A stretch of 64,000 nt of DNA, from contig CM082581.2 of NCBI GenBank assembly GCA_040954595.2, forward strand, positions 1 through 64,000, read 5' to 3'. A program made the translations under genes and the position numbers. The notes beneath the pieces were generated by a model that worked only from the letters and a program-made list of their open reading frames with translations, was not told the origin of the DNA and searched no databases. Shown piece after piece: positions 41,630 through 53,957 of this stretch; positions within the stretch are counted from its first letter, which is position 1; the number at the start of each line of letters is the position of its first letter. Origin of the DNA: Balanoglossus misakiensis (Eukaryota; Animalia; Hemichordata).

Positions 41630-42211
41630 TTAATGACTATCAGAAAAAAAATGGTTTAAAAAACATGAAATGCAGATGGCTACACCTCAACTAAAGATGA
41701 TTCCTGCACCACAACAAAATCCTTTGACACAAGCATTATACTGGAACCATACCCAGAACACGCATTAAGTATATGATGAAGGGACAATGTCTCTATTTTT
41801 GGGTAATACAGTAAAACCTCTCTTTATGGACACCTCTCTAATCAGAACACCTAGTAAGATTGATTTTTCAAGCCAAATAGTAAGGATAATTAAGGACGTC
41901 CCTTTAACTTAATAAACAGATGTGTGCACCACCTTAGGAGAAATTACCTCACATGCACAATTATCTCTACAGACACTAGTCTTCAAGAGGCAACTCTTGT
42001 ATATTTGAGTGATGAAAACATCCAGCTTCGTACACTTCCTCACAAGTTCGTGCCTATCCTAAATTGCACGGACATACAAATGAAATTTCTGTTTACTTTT
42101 CCTTTCTTTTCTCTTGGGGAAATTTTAGAAATGAGAAGTTACCACACAATTCAATTGCCATGAAGAGAAAGTGCCCAAAAGATTGTCATTTACGGTACGT
42201 CAGAAACTTAC

Positions 42212-42334
42212 ATATTTCACAACGGTTACCCTCATAGCAACCAGTACAGGCACAGGTATATGCCGTGCAGGAGTTGGCCACTGCATTACATACAGCCCCG
42301 TTGAGACAGCTGTTTCGCTGGCATGGATCTTGGA
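42212..42334 (-). pseudogene. EGF-like exon QDPCQRNSCLNGAVCNAVANSCTAYTCACTGCYEGNRCEI
   Basis: 123-bp open exon with cag/gtaagt flanks. Confidence 0.85.
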
Positions 42335-42726
42335 CTGCAATAAAAAGTGCAACCTAATGTTATCTCAGCAATATTTACTTTCAAAATCTGTTTGATAAAA
42401 ACATCATCATTACCATTACTGTAAATACTGAACGGAACTTCACTTCCAAAAACAACTTGCTCATTCTGGGACGCACTTGTGGGGCTATGAAAATCTCTGT
42501 ATATGTATCTTGTGTAGGGAAAATTTTCATGAACGATCAACATTTTTTTCTTCAAATAAACATGTTTTCTTTCAGTTGTACATCATTTTTGAGGTGAACG
42601 ATTCCCAAGGCCCAAGGTGTGATGCTGAAGATGAAAATATAAAGTATGACCAACAGACAATGTATTGAGACATGATTGTAAATGTTAGTTCCTGCATGAC
42701 AAAACGTTTGTTTTAATGAGTTTTAC

Positions 42727-42843
42727 ACTGGCTGCAGTGTGTGCCGGTGAAACATCCTGGACAAGTACACTCATAAGTTGTACACGACAGCCGAGTACAC
42801 TGCCCATTGTTCAGGCATGGACTTGGCCTACATGGAGTTTGTT
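42727..42843 (-). pseudogene. EGF-like exon QTPCRPSPCLNNGQCTRLSCTTYECTCPGCFTGTHCSQ
   Basis: 117-bp open exon with AG/GT flanks. Confidence 0.8.
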
Positions 42844-43736
42844 CTGTTTCAATGGAATGAAAAAAAATAAATAGTAGTGACATAAGTTTTTAGGGTATGA
42901 CCATTTCCTTAATTCCTACAGCTGTGGTTCTATCGGGTTCTCCTATAACTAAGCCTCCTTAATGTATAACTGAACAATAAGAATTACTTATTATACTTTT
43001 GGGAGTTTAGGACTGTGGTAATTGCAAAAAAGACTCAATTCCTGAAAGTGCCTATTTGGTTTGTCACATCCTAAATATACAGGTAATTTCATAGCTGCCA
43101 GCTATGACAAATATACCGGTATGAGGGGGGAAAAACAGTTACTCGTCTGATAAATTTACCTTGGTCACAGGTGATTCCAATGAAACAGCCTTGACAGCGA
43201 CAGGTAAACGCACTGCACGATCCACTGATTGGCTCACATTGATCGAGTCCTGGGGGTTGCATGTAAATCAACCAACAATTGCATATTAACATCACAAGTC
43301 ATTTCACTATTTTTTCATTCCAAACTTAAAAGATTGCTTGTAACTTGCTGAACAAATATTCATATGGACAGACCATTCTAGCTTGGAACAGGCAAAATCA
43401 AGGGTGCCCTGACGCCCAACTTTTAAGAGCAGTTCATTTACTGAAACTGTCAGCACCCAATATTATCCCACATGTAATCAATATGTGGAAATCAAATACA
43501 TCTGTAACAGTTTTAATTTACCATGTGGGTATTTGCATGGAGGGCCATGGTATTTGTTACCTACTGATAAAATACCCTTCAAAACAATATCCTCATTTCT
43601 TCAGAAGTTTGGCAACAAGACCAATAAAGTTTCACATCAAAATTTACAATGTATAAATAAGCTTAAAAGATCTACGGAATGAAGATTGCTTGTTTGTTTG
43701 CAGGGTGTCTTGAAAGTATATACTCACTTGTTTGAC

Positions 43737-44621
43737 CATGGACCCTAGAGAAAGAAGGACGCGCAATTCCAGTTTTTTCTTGAAATGATGTTCTTTTGCA
43801 TACATTATTTCCAGATAAATCCCAATAATCCAATTTGCAAATAAACTGTGTATAAACTAATGCAAAGTCTCGTGTTTTGCGTGAAGTTATCACAACACCT
43901 CAGAACATCTCGCAGAAGACGAGAAAACTGCAACGTGGTTGAACGCAGCGATTATTTATGGAACACATCTGGACAAGTTAAACAGGAATTTGAATCTGAG
44001 TCTGACAGCGTCCAAAACAAGCATCTTTTGTCTAACAGTCCGGGTATTTCACAAGGCTGTGAGCTAACCGTACCGAGGGTTGCCTGGCGGCATTAGCGCA
44101 CACATGATAATCCACCCAGTTTGTTTACAAATTGTTTTCGTGAAATCTGTTTTATTGTTCACGCACTGCGAAATAAAATGCCCCTAAACCACAATTTTTA
44201 TTTCAATGCTTCACGCAAACATAAAATTATTACGAAAAGTGTCAGCGTTACTAAGAAATATGAGTGCCCAGTCGGACATGCAAAAAATATGGATGATTTG
44301 TTTACAATTTTTAAATGAAGCTTGTGGCACTAGAAATGACCGTTCAACCGACAGACGAACACCAAACCATAATAATTATTACAGACATCGTAATACTTTT
44401 AGAATTTTAGAAAAAAACGCAGTGGCTGCTGAAATGCAGGAGTGCCAGTTTGGTGGCAAGTTTTCGCATCACTGGTGGGGTCGACACGTGCCGAAGTAAG
44501 GAAGTCATTGTCCAACTGTCCTGGGTGTTAATTATATGCAAAAAAACATCATCATACAGATAATCCCCAAACCCTTTGATCTTTGCCGCAGTTGCTCGTC
44601 CTTCTTTCTCTAGGGTCTATG
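43737..44621. mobile_element. Non-autonomous TIR element with 7-bp TSD (P-superfamily-like termini)
   Basis: TIR CAT(G/A)GACCCTAGAGAAAGAAGGACG at both ends. TSD gtttgac at 43730-43736 and 44622-44628. Inserted inside an EGF exon. Confidence 0.85.
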
Positions 44622-45290
44622 GTTTGACAGATGTCACCTGTGTAAGAGTTCACATACTGGCATGAATAGAAATTGCACGATGTTTGCTGGCAAAATCCAC
44701 CATTCATACATGGGTTGGGATCACAGGGGTTTTGCACTGGAAATTAAGAAAGGACGCCATTTTATTCCTTGCTACTCATTCTACAGTACAGATATGGCAA
44801 AAACCTTGCAGAATTATGGCAAGGGTGTGTGGAGTGATTGTGCCTACAACTTATATTAGGCTGGTATCAAGTTGTTCACACCTCCATAGATCATGTGGCA
44901 GTGACTGTGAGGCAAGGGCTTCCCTTCATGAAATCAAAGACCTGTGTACTGGAGGAGGGTTCCTTGCAAATGCTTGACTTGACTTCAAGCACACCTGTAG
45001 ACTCATATGTAAATTTACACTATCTGGCCTGGAGTGAGAATTTCCATAGTGGATGTGTGTTGACAAAAGGCAGTAAAATTGGCCAGTCGCGCATAATGTT
45101 TCTTGAACCAAGACAATCAAGACATTATGCGCCACGAAAGTGATTTTGATTGGAAAGAGTGTAATCTTGCATTCGATGTCAAGAACTCTCCAAGCTCTGC
45201 TGTTGAGATGGCTACACCTATGCTCAGGAAACATGCAGTATTTGAATGCATCAGAGACAAAAGGTAAAAGAGACTGCGCTGTATACTTAC

Positions 45291-45413
45291 ATATCTCACA
45301 CCTATCACCTTTGTAGCAACCAGTACATATGCAGGTGAGATCAAAGCAGGAATTTCGAGCCGGTTGACAGAAGCCACCATTCTGGCACGGATTTGGTTGA
45401 CACTGGTTGAGTC
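45291..45413 (-). pseudogene. EGF-like exon LNQCQPNPCQNGGFCQPARNSCFDLTCICTGCYKGDRCEI
   Basis: 123-bp open exon with cag acceptor and gtaagt donor. Confidence 0.85.
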
Positions 45414-45870
45414 CTGCAAGGAAAAGGGTCAAATTTTCCATGATCATCAATGTCATGTGATTATGAATGTATGTAAGTGGCTGAGTTTCGTACAAAAATT
45501 GTGATGTGACAAACCGACAAATTAGCATATTAGCATAATCAGAATAAATAAAAAAAATGCACAGGTAGTTTAAAAGAACAAAAACTTTCGAAACGGAATA
45601 GAGCTAAGCTGCTATCCCTTTCTATTTTTGTGTTTGTACAACATCAGTGAAGTTTAAATCATAATAAAAAAATGATAATTATCATTATTAACTGCTACAG
45701 ATTCAAACTTACTTGTCTCACAACTGGTTCCCTAGTAACACTCTGTGCACATGCAAATTGTGGCAGTACAAGAATTTACCTGTTGTTGGCAGGTACCTCC
45801 ATTGAGACAAGGACTTCATAAGTTGTCTGAAAACACCAGTTTGCCCAATTTTCACTAATGTATAGGAATA

Positions 45871-46536
45871 CATGAGAAGTCGGCCAGATTAGAAGTCGGC
45901 CAGTACGCGCGCATGAGAAGTCGGCCAGTATGAGAAGTTGGCCAGTTGTTGAACTTGTACCCGAATAGTGCAGTAATGACCCAGATTACTTATAACAACA
46001 CTTAATAAAATATAATTGCACTAAATATTTTCATTTGGACGGATTTCCCAAATTCTTGACAACACAATGACGTCATTTCAAATAATGGCATCTGGCATCC
46101 ATACCGGTTCCCCAGCCTCGTATCCGCGTAAGGAGCTTAGCTTGTTCGCCAAATTCCTGTGACATTTCTGATTAAAGGGAGTTGTTTCAAAGCCTACTAA
46201 AATACATAGAAGATGTATGTGTATATTCATACTTTCTGAGACAACACCAAACAAACAAACAAACAAACGTGACAAGGAACAGACTACTGGCGCAGCTCAA
46301 GAAGTGCAGGTGACTGATGTTGACGTACCCCGGTGACGTACATGAAAAGTGAACAGACAGTTTTAAAATTCATCGGCTATTTGTACAAATATCTCAGCTC
46401 CTGTACATCAAGGAAACATTTCGTAGTGAAACAGTTATATATAACACAAAGTACCAGGGTTCTCTCCCACAGGCCGACTTCTCGTACTGGCCGAGACCGA
46501 CTTCTCATACTGGTTGACTTCTCAGGACACCATGTA
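45871..46536. mobile_element. Probable non-autonomous DNA element with inverted subterminal repeats
   Basis: About four GAGAAGTCGGCCAG units at 45874-45946 and their reverse complements at 46472-46523. Exact ends are uncertain. Confidence 0.55.
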
Positions 46537-46642
46537 TAGCTAGCTGTTGACCTCAAAAAATATGTAAAACTACAAGTGATGTAAACAACTTGTGGAACCA
46601 TGTTCAAATCGAGACAAGAAGAAAAGAGATTTCAAGACTTAC

Positions 46643-49281
46643 CTCCTTCAGCACTTTACTGCCCTGTAGCGCACTGTGTGACACTTGTAGTTGTGCATTC
46701 ATAACCAGAAGGACGTGGCCGAACCTAGCGAGTATGAACCTATCACAGAAAAAATTCAAAGAACGATTTTTACCACCATGGTTTGGTCCAACGATCCCTT
46801 ATTAGAGAGATGTCCGTAATCACAGGTTTAACTGTACAATACCTCTTCAGTGGAATCATTGTGTTTTTCAAAGTGCATCACAATATCAACTCCAATGAGC
46901 ATAACAGTTTAATTTTCTATGTATGCCATGCTATAACACAGGGAAGTCACAAGAGTGATTTGCAGCCCAACTTACCAGTAACTGTTGAACAATCCACTAC
47001 GGGTGACATGGTTGGACACTTGGATCCCGCAGGACAAGGCGTGCATGTGCAGTCGCCTTCCATAGCATATTCACCATTGCCACAGTCGAGCGGATCTTAC
47101 ATTGGATCTGAACACGATTGTCCAGCAGGGCACAGAAGACAGGATGTGAGTGCAGGCTCCTCACTTATTTCATCTGATTGAAGAAAATGAGGTTTTTAGT
47201 GATGTATTTGTGATACAGTGTCATTTAAAATAACAAATTACTTGAGATGATTCACTTCATAATTCTGAGACAAGTATAAAGGCATGTAGAAAATTCTTTG
47301 GAGGACATTAAACGTCATTTCTAATCAACCATTTTCTGAATATCATAAGACTCTGCGAGATCTCACATGGCTAACCGGGTCTCGCAAGATCTCGCACTGA
47401 GTTGATAATCTGTTGTAAACACATACATACATACACACACACACACATACCCCCAGTCGCACTGACTTGAAAATCTGTTGTAAACACATACATGCATACA
47501 CACATACCCCTCAGTTTCATCACACAGCAAACTGAACAAGTACCACAATCTTACCATTTGTACATCTGGTACAGTTTGTTGCACCAGCCAATGACACGTA
47601 ACCCTTGGTACACTTGAATTGCGATGCACTGGGATCTATGCAGGCCTTGCTCACAAATAGTACAATGTTCAGCACCAGCTGATCTGTAAATCAAACAGAG
47701 AATTTACTCACCGAGTTAACCTTTTAATACCACTGTAAAAATTTGGTGCAAATTTTAATTATTTTCATAAATAGAGGTCTATTCAAATTTGGAAAAATTG
47801 TCATTTTTTCATTCATATATTATATCAGTAAATTTTAAATACAGAAATAGAAAATGATCCCATCCTATTTTTCAGTTAGTAAATTACCTGACCTAATGTT
47901 TGATGTTGGAAATAAAGGTGGGTGGGTAGAAGTTTACCTGTTATGCAAGAGGTACAGCGAGACATCCTTTGTCCAAGGCCAAACTGTAATAACCAGCCGA
48001 GCATAAAATCACAGTGTTACCATTTGGACATTGGTTACCAGCTGGGCAATCAGCACATGATGTTTGTGCTGAAAATAAACAGAGATTTATAGAATCTTAT
48101 AGTCACAGTCATACCTTCAAAGACGTGGGATTCTCACGCGGGTTGGGGAGACAAAAATCCCTGGCAAAAGATTGAGGACAGGAAAATGCCAATCCAGAGA
48201 TATTGGTAACAGAAACTGTGTACAGTCAATGCCATACGGCAGTGTGCTGTTCTAACAACAGACAAGATCGTGACGATCATAGTCTGTGTCGGAGATTTGG
48301 AAAAGAGCAAATTTGGTGAAAAGACGGGACAAAACAAAAGTCTACTTATACGATGCACATGAAAACTGGATGAATGCGAAGCAGTCCACTATTTGAATGC
48401 ATTGGATGTAAAATTGGCAGAATATTTGGACTGGACGTAATGTTTGTACGCACAGAATTACGTACATGCACATAAGATGATCGTCCGCCTTAAAGGCACG
48501 TAAGCTGCAACTGGATAAAAAAATTAAAGTTTTAAATAATCTCATATATGCTTTTAATTATGTCTATTAAATGATATTTCATGACAATATATCAAGCTCA
48601 ACACTTATTTATGACACAATGGCCAAAAATTAAAGAAAAAACGAAAATTCCTGCAATTTTAAAAAAAGTGGAATATTGCAATGAAAAATGGAAATCTGAT
48701 GTCTCAGTGGTGTACATTTACTTCCATGAGCTCAAGTGGATGAGATCATGTTTTGTTTATGATGTTTCACAACCGGAAATGCAACATTTTCATTGTTTCT
48801 TGCATTTTCCCACGGTGGCGGCCATAATCGCTTGCGGCAAAGCTTTATTATTTATCTGGTTAAAACTTGCATATGCACTCATATTTAGGGTTTATAATGC
48901 TTGTGTATAGTTCACTGCCTTCATCTGCATGGACTAATGGTAGTGCAGTTTTAAACAAAAATTATGAAAATTATCCCAAAAGTTACAGCTTACGTGCCTT
49001 TAAGTGAAAGATTACACAGTAATGCCCAAACTTTAAGTGCTGACTCACCATCTATATTAGTGTAGTATCCATCTTCACACACCTCTGGCTCTGACATACC
49101 ATCATATTGGCACTTATACCCGGGGCAGGACAAGGCGTACAGTCTATACTTCCATTGTTGGCAAAATATCCCAGTCCGCATTGTGTTGGTGATGAGAGGC
49201 TGGCTGTTCCACACATGAAACCCCTGGACACAGCGTGCATGCTTCAGAACATGCTGAACTTTAACTTCCAGCTGCGCAGTC
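46643..49281 (-). pseudogene. Cys-rich CxxCPxG repeat pseudogene (GCC2_GCC3 / ephrin-receptor-like repeats)
   Basis: Exons 49049-49281 (CGLGYFANNGSIDCTPCP), 47938-48068 (CADCPAGNQC...CSAGYYS), 47555-47683, 46976-47173 (CLLCPAGQSCSDPM*...CTPCPAGSKC) and 46643-46739. All have splice flanks, and each carries a stop or frameshift. Confidence 0.8.
48494..48999. mobile_element. MITE with TTAA TSD (Kolobok-type termini)
   Basis: TIR AGGCACGTAAGCTG.AACT / AGTT.CAGCTTACGTGCCT, with TTAA at 48490-48493 and 49000-49003. Confidence 0.85.
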
Positions 49282-49347
49282 CTGTAGGAGTGAAGACGTC
49301 AAATATTAAGGAGGTTTAGGAGCCCTCTAGCCAGCAAACTTTATCAA

Positions 49348-49764
49348 GGATGTACGTGCAGAACATAAACCGGAAACACTGCGTGTCCGGTCTTTTTCCC
49401 ATAGGATTACATTGATAATCGCCAGAAAACAAACTTCTACTATTGTCATTTTCTCGAAATTTTACACATAGCTCAGTCCAGCAAATATAAATTCATTGGT
49501 CAAATAAAATATAGGGGTCACCGCGCTCTTTTTTGAGATAAATTGCATTAAGAATTTTGGCCATAGACAAACAAACCATTGGTGAAAAATGCTGAGTCAG
49601 CAGATTTCTTCTATTATCGACCAATTTCATGGCTCTGTATTTCAAAAACAAGCGCGGTGACCCCTATATTTTATTACGGATTTTCATTATACATACAAAA
49701 GAGAATAAAAAAATCCACAATTAAAAAAAATGACAATACTTTCCATTTTATTGAACGTACATCC
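49348..49764. mobile_element. MITE with TCAA/TTAA flanks (Kolobok-type termini)
   Basis: TIR GGATGTACGT / ACGTACATCC. Internal inverted repeat aataaaatataggggtcaccgcgc at 49503 vs gcgcggtgacccctatattttatt ending ~49675. Confidence 0.8.
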
Positions 49765-50248
49765 TTAATGTTACTTAGGTAGTGGAGCACCAAAACCCAA
49801 ATTTTCATATCGATTGTGTATTTTGTGATAAAAGCACCAAACTTGGCTCAGATGTGTGTTAATGTGTACTGAACAAATTCAGATAGCGAGTCACTAAATA
49901 TCTATTGAAGAGTTTCCATGGCAACCAATTGTTTTTCAAAATGGCCGCAAATACAGATAATCACACCTGTTAAACATCAAAATAAATTCAGATTACAATA
50001 TTTGAAACAAGAAACTACGGAAAGAATGGTTTGCAATAGAACTATGGTTATTAAACTACAAATGTACTTATAAGGGTAACTAAGGGATCAAAATACAGGT
50101 GCAACTTTCAATCCCTGGTACTCGCATTAGTATAGGTGCTCCCCCTAGTCAAACATTACGGCTAGTTGCGATATTTAACTTGAAGTACGTAAATTACACA
50201 CACACGAATCGCAACAGTTAGCGAGTCACTAAATATCTATTGAAGAGT

Positions 50249-52256
50249 GACTATGCAGTATTCAAGATCCACCCTTTCCACAATACGTGTGAACTTCTAC
50301 TCTCTACATGGAATGTCCGCTCAGCTAGATGCAAATCATTAGACATTGCAGACTACATCACAGATAAAGAAATTGATATTCTTGTACTCACTGAAACATG
50401 GTTGAAGGAATCTGGTGACGAACACGTAATGGCTGAATGTACACCACCAGGCTATGCTGTCAAACATCTACCTGGGGTTTGCAAGATCGGTGGAGGCTTA
50501 GCTTAAATTCATAAGCTAGCACTAAAATAAACAGCTTGGAAGCCTATTCTCTCTGTTAAATCTTTTGAGGCAGCGGAAGCAACTATTCTTCACCAGAAAC
50601 TTTCCATGAAAATAATTCTTGTCTACCGTCCACCACCATCAGTTAATAATAAATTCACCGCACCACAGTTCATGGAAGAGTTCAGTACAACACTTGAGAA
50701 GTATGTCACCTGCTCAAGTAATCTCTTCATCGTAGGAGATTTCAATATTCACCTAGAAGATGATAAGAATCCAGTAACACAGAAATTCAATGGAATCATC
50801 AGCGCCTGTAATCTGAAACAATGGGTCCAACAACCAACACACAGAAAGGGTCATACTCTTGATCTCATCTTATCTAACTCTGCGTCTAACATCAAGAGTG
50901 TCTCTGTAGACTGCTTGGAACTCTCTGATCACAATCCTGTCAATGCAAAACTTGCTCTTCCGAAACCAACACACAGTAGACGTCAAATATCTTATCGTCG
51001 TACCTGCCATTTCAATTGATAGTTTCAGCCATGATCTCGACAAAATACATCAAATGTCCTAGCCTCCAAATGACCTCTCCTCAGCCATATCAGCTTATAA
51101 CCAACACGTCAGTCTCCATCTAAAACACGTATACTTGATCTCATCCCTACAGCACTTGATAAGCAATGTCTTGGTAATCTGCTCACTGTCATAGCCACAA
51201 TTATCAATTTGTCACTCAAAACTGGAACTGTTCCTGAATAACTTAAAATAGCAGTCATCACACCAATATACTCAAGAAACCTTCGCTCGACAAAAACATT
51301 TTCAAGAACTATAGACCAGTTTCAAACCTAACCTTCCTGTCAAAAGTAATCGGGAAGATTGTAGCACAACAACTGACATCATATTTGACTACCAACTCAC
51401 TACAAGAACCACTGCAGTCAGCGTACCGAAAGGATCACAGTACCGAAACAGCACTTACTAAAGTCAACAACGATATTTGTATGGCACTGGATGCCGGTAA
51501 ATGTGTACTCATGGTTCTCCTCGATCTCTCCTCTGTGTTTGATACCATAGATCACGACACAATCATCTCAAGATTATCAAAACTGGGCATCACCAACATC
51601 CCACTACAATGGTTCTCATCATATCTTAAGAACAGACAGCAGTTTGTATGGCACAATGTCAGAACCTCAATATCTACAATATGGAGTACCACACGGTTCA
51701 GTGCTTGTCCCACTTTTGTTCTGCAGCTACATCCAACCACTTGCTCAACTTATTTGTCACCACAACATCAATTTTCACCAATATGCCGATGACAACCAAC
51801 TATACCAATATTTCTTCCAGTTAGACACCATAAGTACATTAGACAAGATGGAAAGGGCAGTTCACGAAATAAAAACCTGGATGACACATAATAAACTTCA
51901 ACTAAATGGTGGCAAACCCGAGGTACTCCTGATAAGGTCTCAGTTCAACCGCTCGCCTCGTCCCATAAACCACATGAGCATTGGATCATGTTGTGTTCGA
52001 ATTGTGAATTCTGCACGGAATATAGGTGTGACATTCGACGACAATTACACTTTCAATAAGCACATTAATGCAATTTGCAAGTCAATTTTCTTCCATCTGC
52101 GTCAAATCAGCCACATTCGCCGTTACCTCACTAAGGAAGTTTGCCAGATGCTGGTTCATGCTCTAATCACATCAAAACTGGACTACTGCAATGCAATACT
52201 CTGTGGTTTACCATCATCATGCATTCAACCGCTACAGCATGCCCTGAATTCTGCAG
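50249..52256 (+). mobile_element. Degenerate L2/CR1-group LINE ORF2 (APE endonuclease + reverse transcriptase), internally deleted and 3'-truncated
   Basis: APE motifs WNVRS, LTETWL, VYRPP, GDFNIH, HTLDLI, SDH. RT motifs [43 protein letters not shown], then SKLDYCN. Stops and frameshifts are present. Confidence 0.95.
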
Positions 52257-52592
52257 CCACCATGGCCTCCTTCACAAAAACCTCACCAGACCCCATAATG
52301 CCTCCATCTCTTGCACCACACCTTATACCCACCACAAATCCTAGCCATAACCCAACCTATCATAGCCCAAACAATCCAAACCCAATCAAAATTGACCCTA
52401 GCCCCACTTATCAAGCCATCAATGCTCAACGGCAACCCAAGTAACACTTAACTTAAAGATTGGCATAAATCCAAACTCATACCACTGCCACCCCAAATAT
52501 ACAACACAAAGACTCAATCACGAACCAATACCTACCATTTGTAGCAAATACACGACCAAAGATTTGATCCCATCTATCATCCATATATCATC
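52257..52592 (+). repeat. Ectopic fragment of subtelomeric repeat X
   Basis: Reverse complement of ~21048-21385. The ORF tail [28 protein letters not shown] matches ORF 21185..21514. Confidence 0.93.
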
Positions 52593-52777
52593 AGAAAGTT
52601 GGGACGATGAGCAATGGGGCAGAGACTGATCATCAAAAATTTGAGACAGGGAATTCCAACAAATGAGATCATTAAGTTAAATATGCAAAGCAAATCAGAA
52701 AAAAAAAATCAGAAGATTTTCTCCGAAGGACACCTTGCAAATTCATGATTGGAAAGACACTGCAGTCACATGTATAT

Positions 52778-53957
52778 TGTAGTGTCCAAACACTAGTGAG
52801 CATCTATACTTTATACATTCTGTAAAATGACGTAATGCAACATTCGGGTCATTATGAATAAAGTGCGTGAACGAGGCTAGGCACTCTCACTCTTACATGC
52901 CGGACTTGGTGTCTCGTGTTGTCATTATTGCCCACCCACGATTCTATATTTGGCGACGAGGACGGAGAACATGGAGAATCAGCTAGCCGTCAATGCCGAG
53001 TTTTCCTGTTCATTCAGACCCGACAACCACCAGTACGAGATGGAAAAAGTACATGGCTAGAGTAGAAAACGCATTTGTCGCATTCAACATTACAGATGAC
53101 AAGCGACAACGTGCACTGCTATTGCACTGGGCAGGTGAGGAAGTTTCCGACTTCTTTGATACTCTACCAGATACAGGAACTAGCTGTGAAACAGCCAAAT
53201 TAAAGCTTTGGTCATACTTCTCACCCAAACGGAACATTGAATACGAACGATTTATCTTCAGAGACACCATACAAAACAACGGCGAATCGATTGATGCCTA
53301 TCACAGTTGTTTGCAACGCCTAGCAGAAACATATGTGACTTCACCAATAAGGATCAAGAGGTCAAATCACAAATAATACGAGGATTCACATCAGCCCGTC
53401 TCAGACGTCGTGCTCTTCGGGAGGAGACGACACTAGATAATCTACTGAGTACAGCCTGTTCATTTGAGGTATCAGAGGTTCAGGCTAGTGGGATTGAGGA
53501 GAAAACCCAAAATTATGGTGCAGATACGGCATCTGTGAATGCGGTCAGAAAACAGCGCCACCAACGCCCGAAACCAAATAAACAAAAGAGAGCTCATCAG
53601 CAGCCAGCGAAAGGACCGTCCACTTGTTATTATTGTGGTGGCACCTATCCACATGACTCAGTATGTCCAGCTAAAGGCAAGTCATGCAGGAAGTGTGGCA
53701 AACCTAACTATTTTGCCAAATGCTACCGATCAAAAGGCAAGGCAAATAGGGTAGACAAGGATGAAACTGTCAAAGCTGTGCATAAAGTGGAAGACAGCTC
53801 GGGAGATGAATACTGCTTCACTGTACAACAATCAAATGGCAGGAGGCCTCAAGTAACAGTGAAGATAGAACAAACAGCAGTTGCCTCACTGATCGACCCT
53901 GGTTCTACAATAAACATGATGAGTGTAAACACATACAACAACCTAAAGAACAAACCC
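52778..53957 (+). mobile_element. Truncated Ty3/Gypsy LTR retrotransposon (Mag-like): short 5' LTR, PBS, gag, protease start
   Basis: Putative LTR 52778-52948 (TGTAGT start, AATAAA). Gag 52993-53750 has a frameshift and two degenerate Zn knuckles (CYYCGGTYPHDSVC, CRKCGKPNYFAKC). The protease motif is LIDPGS. No RT follows. Confidence 0.9.
52951..52965 (+). promoter_or_regulatory. Primer-binding site, tRNA-Ser type
   Basis: TGGCGACGAGGACGG immediately upstream of gag. It is complementary to the recalled 3' end of animal tRNA-Ser(GCU). Confidence 0.75.

Larger units (their letters stand above)
39768..45815 (-). pseudogene. Multi-EGF-like repeat pseudogene, copy 1 (fibropellin/Notch-like repeats, 8-Cys variant)
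   Basis: Phase-1 exons with AG/GT flanks: 45713-45815 (truncated, TAG), 45291-45413, 44622-44736+43728-43736 (split by TE), 43160-43249 (33-bp deletion), 42727-42843, 42212-42334, 40918-41037 (MITE, TAG), 40412-40533 (frameshift, TGA), 39768-39898 (8-bp duplication). Confidence 0.88.
40126..45900 (+). repeat. Segmental duplication, copy 1 (paralogue of 57724-64000)
   Basis: Collinear high identity beginning gtgcagtcaag.tattgtcaaaattacagaatc in both copies. Paired near-identical ORFs appear in the track, e.g. 42171/59183 and 44552/61025. Confidence 0.95.

Noticed and set aside
47395-47515. Two ~65-bp units with CA-rich microsatellite
   Set aside because: An ordinary intronic tandem duplication with no further structure.
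48989-48993. Apparent splice donor extending the Cys-rich exon to 48994
   Set aside because: It lies within a MITE TIR. The better donor is GTGAGT at 49043-49048.
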